A stretch of 64,000 nt of DNA. It comes from Tubulanus polymorphus. Its lineage: Eukaryota > Animalia > Nemertea. Made by a program: the position numbers and the translations under genes. How positions within the stretch are numbered: position 1 is the stretch's first letter; each line of letters begins with the position of its first letter. The stretch is from contig NC_134035.1 of NCBI RefSeq assembly GCF_964204645.1, positions 7,162,451 through 7,226,450 of the forward strand, written 5' to 3'. Below are positions 1 to 11,900 of the stretch, piece after piece. A model generated the notes under the pieces. It ran no database searches. It had not been told where the DNA came from and worked only from the letters and a program-made list of their open reading frames with translations.

Positions 1-136
1 ATCTAATGTCTGATAGATAGGCACAAGGAACAATTTAGGTAATTTCATATCGGATATAAAACCCGGCGCATATCTACGCAATCATCATATCATACTCAGG
101 GATCCCAATCATCCGACTTTAATCAGAATTCCGACT

Positions 137-700
137 TTTTAGCGCGGCTGTGACCGAAGGTCACCAGAGCTGATGGGTTAGGTGGATTATCCGTCGTCGT
201 CTGTCCATCTGTCAACTTTTGCTTCAATTCGCTACTAGTCCTACAGTTTTAATCAGATCAATTCCAAGTTTAGTATGAATATTCTATTGACCAAGGCCTA
301 TAAAGTTAGAGCCATTTTTTGGATTCGTCCCCCAGGGGGCGCCCCTGGGGATGGAGTTTCTATTTCTTCAAATCGCTACTAGTACTACAGTTTTAATCCG
401 ATCAATTCCAAATTTGGTATGAATGTTCTATGGACCTAGGCCTATAAAGTTACCGAGCCATTTTTTAGATTCGTCCACCAGGGGGCGCATCTGGAGATGG
501 AGTTTCTATTTCTTCAAATTGCTATTAGTCCTACAGTTTTAATCAGATCAAGTCCAAATTGGGTATGAATGTTCTATGGACCAATACCTACAAAGTACAG
601 AGCCCTTTTTGGATTTGGCCACAAGGCGGCACCCCCTAGGTATGCAGCTTCTATTTCTTCAAATCACACAGCGGAGCTATGTAAGATAGGCTCCTTGTGA
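137..700. mobile_element. Non-autonomous Helentron/HINE-like element with about 3 internal ~146-bp tandem subrepeats
   Basis: It starts in a T-run with a short hairpin (tgaccgaaggtca) and a ccgtcgtcgtctgtcc microsatellite-like motif. The unit ttcaa-tcgctactagtc-ctacagttttaatc recurs at about 223, 367 and 513, and partially at 658. The layout resembles invertebrate HINE/DINE-type repeats. Confidence 0.6.
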
Positions 701-1060
701 AAAATGTTTATGGTCTCTGAGATCGATAAAGATTTGATGTTAAAATAAAGGGGGTTGGGGGTTATGATCAGTTATGACACTTGTGGTGAGTTCCGTAATA
801 ATCGACTTGCCGTGGCTAGCCTGAGCGTACATCTAGGAAAATTAATGTACTGCGTACTGCTACAACAGTATTGTAGGCGGCCACGCGCTGACACGATATA
901 CGAAAATAGTGGAACGATGTGGTTTAAACGATAGCATTCATACACGCGCCACACGCCAGTGAGCAGCGTCTATACATAGCTGATCACTAGAGTATATATA
1001 GAGTATATACCTGCGTGCACGTGGTCTATTGATTATTGATTTCCGATTTTTTGGTAACTA

Positions 1061-1777
1061 CAGGGTTCGTCGCGGGCAGTGAAAGCAGTGAATAGCAGCG
1101 AATTGAAAAAAATCTATTCACGGCTGTTAATAGCAGTGAATATTTTAGAAAGGCAGTGGAAATGGGAAAGGGGGCAGTGAATTCGGAAATGTGTTCAATT
1201 TTGTCTGAGATTGGCAATTTTGAAATGTCACGAGAAATATACCGACGATGTCATGCCGACGGCAATTCAATTTCATTTTATTCATTGGTGTTGTGACCAT
1301 CGACGTGACAGCCAATTCAATTCAATTTTATTCACGAGTTTTCATTTTTATGGTTGCCATGGCTACCAGGTCCAGGCACCTGTTTCACAAAATTGCAAAT
1401 GGCGGTGGTTTGCGTTCAGATTTTTTATAAATCTCTGGCCCGTTACACTATGGAAAAATGGGAAAATGTACATCGCAAGATTCATCAAGCTTCATCATCC
1501 GGAGTACCGTAGCTGGATTGAACGTGTTCCGAATTGTATTCATAAGTTTAGATGTAGAATTTGCATGAAATCGAACGAACTTGGAGCCGGTGGAAGTATT
1601 ATGCGAATATACCTAGTTGGTGCTTTTTGGTTCTTCAGCGGGTGTTTGATTGTTTTGGCTCTATCCGTAGTCTTTTGGTAACATGTCTTTACTAGGTAGC
1701 CAAATGGCAGTGAATTTGACTTTTCATTGGCAGTGAATAGCAGTGAATTTTTGTCAGCAGTGACACAATGAACCCTG
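1061..1777. mobile_element. hAT-like MITE with a 6-bp target-site duplication
   Basis: Termini are CAGGGTTC...GAACCCTG, flanked on both sides by TAACTA. Subterminal gcagtgaa motifs are repeated. Confidence 0.7.
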
Positions 1778-2209
1778 TAACTATTGTTGGGATCCCTGCA
1801 TACTTACATCGTATGATTGTCCATAATGAACCAATCCTCTGTACAAAATCACACCAGTGATGAAAAGCTCCCAGCTCCATTTCATCTTGCATTCTGATTA
1901 GCAACCAATTTTCGTGCAGACAATCTGCAGCGTAGTCCATGCTGCCATAACGATTTCTACACACATTGCATGCATAAATGTAAAACATATTTGATTTGGA
2001 CGATCAAACGTCAATACCACTGCTCACCTTCAAGATGATACGAAAAAAATGTACTCAAACGAGGATACGATGAATTGGTTTGCGCCGGGATTAATGAACT
2101 TATTTTCTTCTGGTCCCTTGAAGCGCGTTGTATCTGCCGTTTTAACGATTGCGGGTTTTTACTTCAACGTAAGTCAACAAAATTATGTTGTTGTGATTTT
2201 ATTTTCAAG

Positions 2210-2365
2210 GTCGACGACATCGTGAAAGTTCTGAAGATGAATCGAAGCGGTGAATGGGAGGGAGAAGTCAACGGCAAAGTCGGTTATTTTCCGTTCACTC
2301 ACATTCAGTTCATTGACTCGAAAGAGACACCGTCGCCAATGACATCGGCGCCGAACAATGATTAA
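2210..2365 (+). CDS. crk: Last coding exon of a Crk/CrkL-like adaptor (C-terminal SH3 domain); upstream exons lie outside the window
   Basis: Acceptor ttttcaag|GTC. It encodes VDDIVKVLKMNRSGEWEGEVNGKVGYFPFTHIQFID...TAA, matching the Crk cSH3 pattern WEGE-x-NG-x-x-G-x-FPFTH. A long AT-rich putative 3'UTR follows, with an AATAAA near 8067. Confidence 0.85.
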   Translation, partial: VDDIVKVLKMNRSGEWEGEVNGKVGYFPFTHIQFIDSKETPSPMTSAPNND

Positions 2366-2958
2366 TAGAATCAACGACGTGTATCGATCTATTCGACGGA
2401 TATGAGATTTATCATCGTGTGTGAATATTCGACCAGTAAAACGTCACTGTCACTGTCGTCGTGTTGCGTAACGCGATGATTATTGGAATCGTCATCGAGC
2501 ATAAATCTTCAATATTTCACGAATATGGAAATCGTAAAATGCAAATGTTGCTCACGTTCGGTGTTTCTTCATCGACGACAACGAATACAGAGATACAGTG
2601 AACTCCGTATGAGTCGTATGTTTACCGTGATGTTGCATCGCTGTAAGGACAGAACTTTACTGGGAGATGCATTCCTGTATTATCGCACATTTATTCTGAT
2701 GCCACTTCCAAATTGCGTTTTGATTCTGAATCAGATAGATCCATTGTTGTGCAAAATTGATTTCGTTTTCAATCTTGCGCAAAATTCCATAAGAAATGAT
2801 GGGGTTGGCCGAAAATTACCATCATTTAGGTCCATTAAAATTTATACTTTCATTCACCATCAGATAAAGTACGTTCCATCAATATTATCTACCTTGCCAT
2901 AAATGATCCTCTGTCTTCAGTCTGCCTTCATTTTGTCCAAATTTTATACATTTATTTA

Positions 2959-3107
2959 CAGTAGACTCTGCTCAAGTTGGACTGTGAAAATGTGTCCAAC
3001 CTTAGTGATATCTATCCAAGTTTGATGTCACTAATAGATACCAAAAACATTCGAGTTGAACAGTTGTATCATAGTTGATAGGATCCGACTTGGGCGGAGT
3101 GTCCACT
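2959..3107. mobile_element. Tc1/mariner (pogo/Tigger-like) MITE
   Basis: TA|CAGTAGACTC...GAGTGTCCACTG|TA. A related end occurs at about 7600-7623. Confidence 0.55.
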
Positions 3108-4356
3108 GTAGGCTATGTAGAGTTATAACAATAAATATTAAATTACTGAGCGCAATATCTCAATTATGTCGTCGGCTGAATTCAGAATTCATTCCTAACG
3201 TTGCATCTACGGCTAAGGAATTTTATCGAATTCATATGATTTTGTATCATGAATTATGTACGTACGCGATTTGTGATTATTCGTCTACTGCAATGATAAC
3301 TTCTACGGGGTTAGTTGTATATATACATATATTGAGTGTCCTGTCCTGTAAAAGTGAACTGCTTTTTGATTATTTTGAGTATTTTCTCACCACTTGGAAA
3401 AACACATTCATTGGACATTTTCAAATTTAACAATCTGCAATATCTGATATCTGAAACATCAGTCACAAGTTGTACCATGCGTAGTCTCAGCGTATCATTA
3501 CTCAGTTTTCAGTCTACATTTTTGACGTGCTGTTTTAGAATTTAGAACACTCATATTATTAAGCAGGTTATCCATCGCTGAGAAATAAGAAATCAAAAAG
3601 CAGTTTATTTTATTCGGGACACGCGATGATATGATGCTATGATGAAAATGCTCACTGCAATAATTGTCTGAGACATTTATACGTGATATACAGTACTTAA
3701 AATAACTATAATGATACTCTGCACAATGCTTGTTGGTTATTATTATTAGTCAGGGATGTCGTCTTTTTATTTCTAGAGATTTCACTTTGATGTCTTGCTG
3801 ATGCTTTTTGTTGTATAAGAAATCGAATTTAGTAGTAACTGTCCCTCGTATATTAATTATAAGCGTATATTGTTATTTATTGTGGTCGTTTTGAGTTTTG
3901 TTAGTTTTTCGAGGTGCGTAGTTGCAGACATCAGATGGCATAAAAGTTGCAGCAGCCTTATTGAAGGTTGTTATGTAAACCAAATTATCTGCATTTTTTC
4001 GTACTGAATGGGAGCGTTCATGAAATGACGTATGCAAGCGGTAGCTAGGACGACCTAAAGTCAAAAGCATATGATCTGTATTTATATTTTAGCTAGGTAG
4101 CTATTTTACATACACAAAGCATCTACCAAATATTTATGAATGACATGTTGTTATGTTAATTGCACATACTGTATTTTTAATGACATTCGATTGGATATGA
4201 ATACAAAACTAATGGTCCTTCTGTTTATTTTATGATGTGTACGTCTTGAAGAGTAGCTTAAGACAGTCATAAAGTACCCGGTAACACAAAAATTCAAATA
4301 AATACATTGTAGTATGTTATGGTTACTAAAGGTATTTGCTCTACTTTCTGCATATA

Positions 4357-4610
4357 CAGTGAACCCTCGATATGTCACACCACCCTCCCATATACCGCAC
4401 CCCTGCCTACCGCCAGGTTTTCTCAATGTATATCTCTATACAAATACATATTAAAACACCCCTGATACACCGCCCTTCCATTTACCGCCAGGTTTGCTTG
4501 ATATGTTCATCTTCACAAATACAAAGTAAAACACCCGCAATATACCGCCATACTCTCTAACTAAAAAATCGTTCTGCACTGGATGTGGGCGGTATATCGG
4601 AGGTTGACTG
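4357..4610. mobile_element. Tc1/mariner-type MITE, copy 1
   Basis: TA|CAGTGAACCCTCGATAT...ATATCGGAGGTTGACTG|TA. Homologous to 6329-6503. Confidence 0.7.
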
Positions 4611-5240
4611 TATGCACACTCCCCTTCATATTTTAGATTTTTAGATGAATTACTTTAAATCAAACTACAGTTAACCTCTGCTTTACTGGGTTGTGTTATA
4701 TTTCTCCAATTGACTGGGTAAGTTCAAAATCATGGAAATAGAAGGTTTTCCAAATAGATTAAGTAAAATTCACCTACCAAAATTTAAGGAGTTTTCCGAT
4801 TTGCCAAGTGTCTGGTAAAGCGGAGTTTTTCATGCCATGTTATGTCCGTTCATGGGTAAAGTATTATGTTCCGATGAGAAGGTGTTAGCCTGCAACTACC
4901 TCGTTAGGCGTGCGCTTAAATATTAATACGGTACAGGATTTGTTGCAAGTCAGAAAAATTCTGAAAAATGTTTACTTTTGGAAAAATTTAGGATAGACCC
5001 TGATTAGTTCTTATTTATCAGTTGAAATCGTGAAGGTGCTGAAAATAAAATTCTTTTTGGACATCACAGGAAATTTCTATTGACATTCTACTTACAACTT
5101 ACAGATTTGAATTGGTTATATTTGTCAAAATTGATTTCAAATTTGATTCCAAATGTAATTCCATGTTTCCTGGCTTAATTGATTTAGAAAAATGATGACG
5201 TAAGCATCTGTCTGACTGCTACGAATCCTGTTAGTATATA

Positions 5241-5398
5241 GGGATCACTCATTTATTACGTACACATAAGGGGAGGGGGAGGGGTGCAATTGCGTACTTT
5301 AATGCTTAATGTATATGAAAAAATGGCCGATTTTGCGTACAGGGGGCTGGGGGGTTGAAAAGTCAAATTTCATGCGTATGTAATAAATGAATGATCCC
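5241..5398. mobile_element. PIF/Harbinger-like MITE
   Basis: Terminal inverted repeats GGGATCACTCATTTATTACGTAC / GTATGTAATAAATGAATGATCCC. Confidence 0.6.
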
Positions 5399-5526
5399 AT
5401 ACTTACATTTTGTACTAACTTACATTTGGTTGATGCTTAATAGGTGCTGATTGACACCATAGGGTTATTTTCTGGTTCTTGGGCTTCTGTGAGACCCTTA
5501 TTCTCATACTGTATGTCTCTGTTTAT

Positions 5527-5851
5527 AGCCGCGATCTCACGGAGATGATTTGGCCCAGGCCAAATTGGCACGTATCTGGCCCGAGCCAAATTTGGCCCGT
5601 GCCTAATTAGAGAGTGCGTTCACACGTATACCACTCACTCGATACTAAACAATGCTCAAACAAATCTAAGTGGGTCATTTCCGGTACCAGTTGCAATTCA
5701 AACGCAATCATTCGTCTAGTGCTAAAATTTGGCTCAGGCCTAGCCCGACGTTTTGGTTTGGCCAAACAGGCTGGGGTCCATTTGGCACCCGTGTGAACAG
5801 TTGTCCCGGGCAAAATTTGGCAGGGGCCAAAAACGCTCGTGTGATCACGGC
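5527..5851. mobile_element. MITE (Harbinger-like) with internal ccaaatttggc palindromic motifs
   Basis: Terminal inverted repeats AGCCGCGATCTCACG / CGTGTGATCACGGCT. Confidence 0.55.
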
Positions 5852-6328
5852 TTATGTGTGTGTGTCCGTCTTTCAGCTACTTAGCTTCATTAGTTTGGAA
5901 CGATGAAATGTGGGTAGAATGTAAATATGGGGGTTGAGTTGTTCGGTGTAAAGTGGGTCTAGTAGGCATGTTATTTACAGATTTTGAACCTGAGCCCGGG
6001 AACCGTTGCTCATAATTATCTTTGAATTTTTAGCGTGTACAATGTAATTGTAATTATCTGGCTCAGTGATAATGTTTAGAATTATGAAATTTGATAGGTC
6101 GACCAGTAATTGAATCATAATATTGCTACGTTTTTGTCTCTACTCGGCTAAAAGTCTACGCGTGTGTATGTATGTTTGAGTGCGACGATGTGTGTGATCT
6201 GACTGTAATCTCCAAGCTGTGTGGAGCGAACTGTACCACCAAGGCAGTGAAGGTGCACCAAATACTAAATGCAGAAAAAACTTCAGATATTTGTGGATGC
6301 TTCAATGTATCAATTCTATCTGTATATA

Positions 6329-6503
6329 CAGTGAATCCCCGATACACCACCCTCCCATTTACCGCCACCCTCGCCTACCGCCAGGTTTTCTAAATGTACA
6401 TCTCTATACAAATACATAGTAAAACACCCCCGATATACCGCCATTCTCTCTGTACCACCAAAATCATTATACACCAATGTGGGCGGTATATCGGGGGTTG
6501 ACT
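6329..6503. mobile_element. Tc1/mariner-type MITE, copy 2
   Basis: TA|CAGTGAATCCCCGATA...ATATCGGGGGTTGACTG|TA. Same family as 4357-4610. Confidence 0.7.
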
Positions 6504-7119
6504 GTATTTATAACTCATACCTTTTGAGCAGATATCAATCTTTGGTCTGGAAGACCGCTGAAAAATGTTAGGTGTTGGTCCAGGCTGCAGATTGATATGA
6601 TAGTGTAACTCATGTTGGTGAAATAAGTAATGCTAAAATACCGGTATTTAACATATTATTACAGAATTACATTATTACAGTTTAGCACATAATCAAAGCT
6701 CCGCCATTTCAATTTGAGTGTCATAAAATGCCTGATTATTTCTTGATTCAAAAGCTGATGATGTTCTGAGCAGTTAGATGTATAGCATTATATATACAGT
6801 AGACTGTTGGGACCACGAATATTCCCATTGAGTTGATGGGGTTTTAGGATCAAGGAAATTGAAGGTACCGGATACATATATTCTCATAGTAAAGTTGAAC
6901 ATTTTTTCTCCCGAGATACAATTAAAGTCTATTGTGATAGAAAAAACATTGGAAATATTTCTGAAAGCTAGTTTAGCGTGAAACAATAATGCTTTGGCCG
7001 TTGAATGACAGCATGATGATCAGATGGAATGCTGGTGTGATGTGATGAGTGACAGGAATCAATAATACTAATTCTTATCAGTTATTAGCAGAATATATTA
7101 TTATAATGAGTAAATATGA

Positions 7120-7122
<3 letters not shown>

Positions 7123-7190
<68 letters not shown>
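7123..7190. repeat. (TA)n microsatellite
   Basis: Perfect TA run of about 34 units. Confidence 0.98.
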
Positions 7191-7191
<1 letters not shown>

Positions 7192-8974
7192 CGTAAATAT
7201 TGTATATAAAGTGACGATGATAAGTGGTGTTACGCTGTGCTGCTGCTTGTATTGTGCGTTTGTATGGGAAACTTCTATTTTATAGACAGTTCAATGGTTC
7301 GATGAAAGTAATTTCTAACGCTTAAGTGTTTTTGTTTTCTAGGGCCTTCTCAATTATCAGGCATCATCCCAGTTTCTCAAAAGCCATAAACCCTTAAACC
7401 GTGGTGGAAAATGAGGATTAGACCTTAAAAAATACACTGGTCAAATTATGAAAGTATCACGGGGAGTAGTGTATTTTCAGAGTTGGTTGACTTAAAGTTA
7501 ACTTCAGAAATGAATTCCATTTATGACTCGGCTCAAGTTGAGTTCGGTGTATGGTACATGGTTAAAAAAGTAATTCAGAAAAATATCTGAGTTGGTCAGA
7601 TCCGACTTGGGTGGATTCTACTGTTTTGAAAACTTTGCCCTGGTTATCAATGGACTGATGTTTCTGTTAATGTATGCATGTTTATTTTAGACTGGTTCCT
7701 TTATGTACGTGATACCTCTCTATGTTTTCATAGGAGTTTTTGTGATTCGATTTACATTAGTTCGATTAAACCAGATTAGACAAATACGCAAGTGAATATT
7801 ACAGTTATTGTAATGACACGCTCTATGCCGTCGGCCGGCACAAGCCGTTGAACACCGATCGGCGCTGAACAATCTACTCACTTCCGCCGATAGATCACTC
7901 ATGCGGACCGTTTAACGATTTACATAATTGAACATAGCGAACGAACTAAACTGTCTGTGAATCGAATCGCTTCTGGGGTATGAAAGGAACGAGTCTAAGA
8001 TGGTGCTTTCTGTTGTTCTTATCGAATCCTATACTATAGCGCCGCCGTATTTTGTGAATAATGTAAAATAAACATGTATTGGCCTAGTTTTTCAATTACC
8101 TATTCAAGCGTTTTATGAGTTGTGAGATTTTTAAGGATAGTATCACCAGGATTTAAATGTTCATTACAGTCGAAGCTGTCGTCCCGCCTTGGAATTGAAT
8201 CCAGCATTGAATCTGTTTCATAATGGCAACATTCCGTATTACTAGATCATTAGGCACTTTCCCTATGTTCATACTAGCGCTGTCATTTCTGGGGATAGAA
8301 AGGGCTACGAGAAATCATCTCAACCTTTGGGAATTTCTTTTACAACGACGAAGCGAGCACCGAAGGGGGAGTTCTGGGGTCTCCAATTTATATGTTTTTG
8401 ACCGCTGTGCACTCAATCGGGACAGTTCCTCACTAGCTTTACTGCGGCAATATCATTTATTAACTTCGCGCCATATCCTATCAGATAGTTGTACGCCTTG
8501 AAATCAGCTGACACATGTATACGAAGTGTGGCTATATGTATACGTTCTGCTGCTTCGCGTAAATCCCGCGCTGTGGTGAAACCGCGTGGAGTGGGGCCAA
8601 TATGGTACAAAAGGGGTACGATACGGTCGGTACTAATGGGGCTTCAGCCGAGCGGATAGAAAACCGCAAATAAAAGAATTTGATTCGATATATGAATATC
8701 GCCGACTTTTTTATTGGTTTACTGATTGCGTGGCATTTGTCTCGTTAAGTATTGGGTCTAGTTGCTGATTTCTCCGAAGATACACTCGCAATACAATAAA
8801 CCAGTGTAACCTGAGGGAGGTCTCGCTCTTCCAATATAATCGCCATGGTAGTCAACAAGGACTGACTTCGCGGCATCCTCCAAAGCCAAAAATGACATAC
8901 AAAACGTAATTACTTGTTATTAAACCCACAATTCTATATCACTTTAAATCTAAAAATAAATCTGACCTTGCACT

Positions 8975-11900
8975 TCAAAGAATGTTACATGTTTTTGACT
9001 TTTTCGGTGGGTCGTTTTGTTTGGGTGGAGCTGGTTGTTTCACATTATTTTGCTGCGCATTGTTACTAGACACATTGTTGAACTGTGGAGTTTCCAGAAG
9101 TTTATCATTGTCCATATCATGGCTTTCCTCTGGCTTTTCCTTGACAGGACCTTTGGTGGATGGATTTGTAGCTTCGGGTTCTGTTACTGCCATTGCTTCG
9201 CGTGGTTTAGACACGATTGGAGATTCCTTGGATTCCTCTGTAACGCTGGGCTCCGGATTGTCCGTTGATTCCTCGAGAGGGGCCTTGGAATCTTGGGCAT
9301 CATTTTTGGCATCCGTTTTCTCGTCAACCGCTGCGCTCGAATCCTGGGGATCGTCCGCATATATTCTCAATTTTTCGAACAGTTGATCGAATGAATTTCC
9401 TGTCCAAGTTTCTTGAACATTTTCTTCGTGAGCAAAATCTATATAAAGCAACTCTGTGAATACCATGCTCATAGGACCGCCCGGTGGCCATCTTGTATCT
9501 TCTAACAATAAGGGAATAATCGGCTTCTTCAAGGCGTCGCACAGTGAAACCTCTTTACGACAATTTGCTGATTTGGAATATGTTTCAGTGACACACGATA
9601 CAACTACTCGACAGTTTCTAATTCCGCGGTCGATTTTATCGTACAGTGAGTCGCCGCCTCCCATCTGATAGATATCCATCCAGCAATGAAATCCTAGTTC
9701 AGTCAATCGGCGATACAGCCGTTTAATCTGAGGCTGTTTACCCCACTGGTAAGATATGAACACTTGCGCTGCTTCGGGCGGACTCTCCGCTGGAGATGTT
9801 ATCTGTAATATAGAACCATTCAAAAAGTCGTGAAGGATGACGCACCATAGGTTTCGATGAGAATTTACGACATATTCGAAATCAGATTCTAAATTTCATG
9901 TGTTAACCTGATATGTATACCTGATTCGATTTCGTCTTCTGATCTTCTCGAATGGGAAGAATTATCTCCTCCGGCTCGGGTTCCCACCAATTTCTGTACT
10001 CTATTCGATAGAAATGCGAATCAACATGATACACGGGGTGGATGGAGTCAATAGTTTTTTTTTAGTGTTTAAGCGCGGTACCTACCAGGATCGACAATTT
10101 CTTCTTCGGGCATTATCTTATTGAAACTGAGCTGCATGAGTAGTTCACTGAATTTCTCATCGTGCCAATTCCTTTCCCCTCTCCCCAGCGATCCCTTCCT
10201 CAGGTGCATGCTGATATACAGATATTCGCCGAATATGGGCCCCATTGATCCAGCTGGTGGCCACTGCACTCGCTCTAGTAGAATCGGGATGATGGGCTTG
10301 CCCAGATTGACAGCCAGGTTCACCTGAAAGACACAATTGTCCCCAGACACAGTGAGATCTCGAGTCTATGTACGTGCATTCTAGTAGGAGAATTTCACCC
10401 TATATACCAAAAGCCCGGGATTGGCATTTAATTCAAACTTGCAGAATAATATTCGATTCAATTCAATATTTCATATCTTAGATATTACGTTGTAAATCAT
10501 ATGATACACATGATATTTGAATTCGTAAATGAAGCACATTCGACGGTTGTTACCTCTCTGATACAATTTGGAGATTTCGCGTATTTCTCTGTAACGCAAC
10601 AAACGACGACTTTAGCTGCCCGAATTCCTTCGTCTATTTTGGCGTAGAGTTTATCGCCCCCTCCCATCTGACCGATGTCCATCCAACACTGAAATCCGGC
10701 CATTAGCAAATGCTTGCGAAGTAGCTTCACCTCTGGTTGATGGCTCCACTGGTAACTGAGGAAGACGGGTGGAGGCGAGGCATACTCTGGAGCCTCTTCG
10801 GTCACGACGTCCTCTGTATTGTCAAATATGTTATCTTAACTGCATGTTGTTTAAGGCTGTATGAAGCACCGTTATAATATTCAATATACAATTTTTATTG
10901 GTACCGGTACAGGCTTTGAGGTTTAATTTCTAGAGTATCGTGGTGGATTGTATTGTTTTTATGAACCAATCTCTCAATATCGCTACGGAGCGGTTGTAAC
11001 TTTTCGTCCAGCATTCGAGAAATCAATACAGAATACAAATGCGCTATCGGGTTTCTATCCGTTTCTAGTTGCCCATCGTGTATAAGGACAACCACGAGTT
11101 TGGAAACAGATAATGTAGATCTTTGCTTATCTCGAGAACTAGATTGGGTACAGTGTAACGTTTAAAGATGTGAGACCATTGCAAATACATGCTGCCGATT
11201 TTAATGTGTTTTGAATGTGTATGCTCCGAGTTAGGACAATTTAGTAGACTTACCAACATTTTTAAGAGCTTCCTCGATAACTATTGCAGCGTCCAATCTG
11301 TCGATTTCAACCAATATCTCCAAAACTGCATGGCTGGCTTCGCTGGTTTTATGCGTGGCAAACCATTCGCTAAGCAGTGACATACAGGGATCGTTTTGAG
11401 TCGCCCAGCCACGAATATCAGTCGGGTTATACCCGAGACGCTGGGCTAACAGGCGCCAGTCGTGTTCGGCTTCGGGGTTCAACAATGTTGAAACTTGTTT
11501 CGACCAAGCGGGTGCATTACTCACAGTCTACAAGAATTCACCATCAGAAATGGATATGGATCAAATATTGCTTTATTTTGTGTTAATTTTCTCGAATATA
11601 ATGTTATCCTCGACATCAAATGAAGCATTCTCTCCCTGCAGGGATCCGAACCTGATGACATCGAGACTCGCCCTGCCACACTAGCCCGAGTGCGCCGCTT
11701 ACATGCGAAGCTTAGATGGTGTCATTATTAGCCAATCAGATATGCCGTTTTATTCTAGTACGGGTTTTTCAATTTATAGTTTTTACGTAAAATTTGTCTC
11801 AGCGATTATACAATGGGCAATCTGATTAGTGCCGCAAGTTTTCCTTCAGCAAACCTGCGCACCCGGTCTAGTGTGGTAGGGTTTCATGCTGTTGCTGAAT

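Noticed and set aside
7049-7285. ORF containing YI repeats
   Set aside because: It is a translation of the (TA)n microsatellite.
8975-11527. Calling the Death-TIR gene MyD88 or SARM1
   Set aside because: It has two TIR_2-type domains, a large N-terminal region and a CaaX end, and it lacks SAM domains. Neither symbol is justified.
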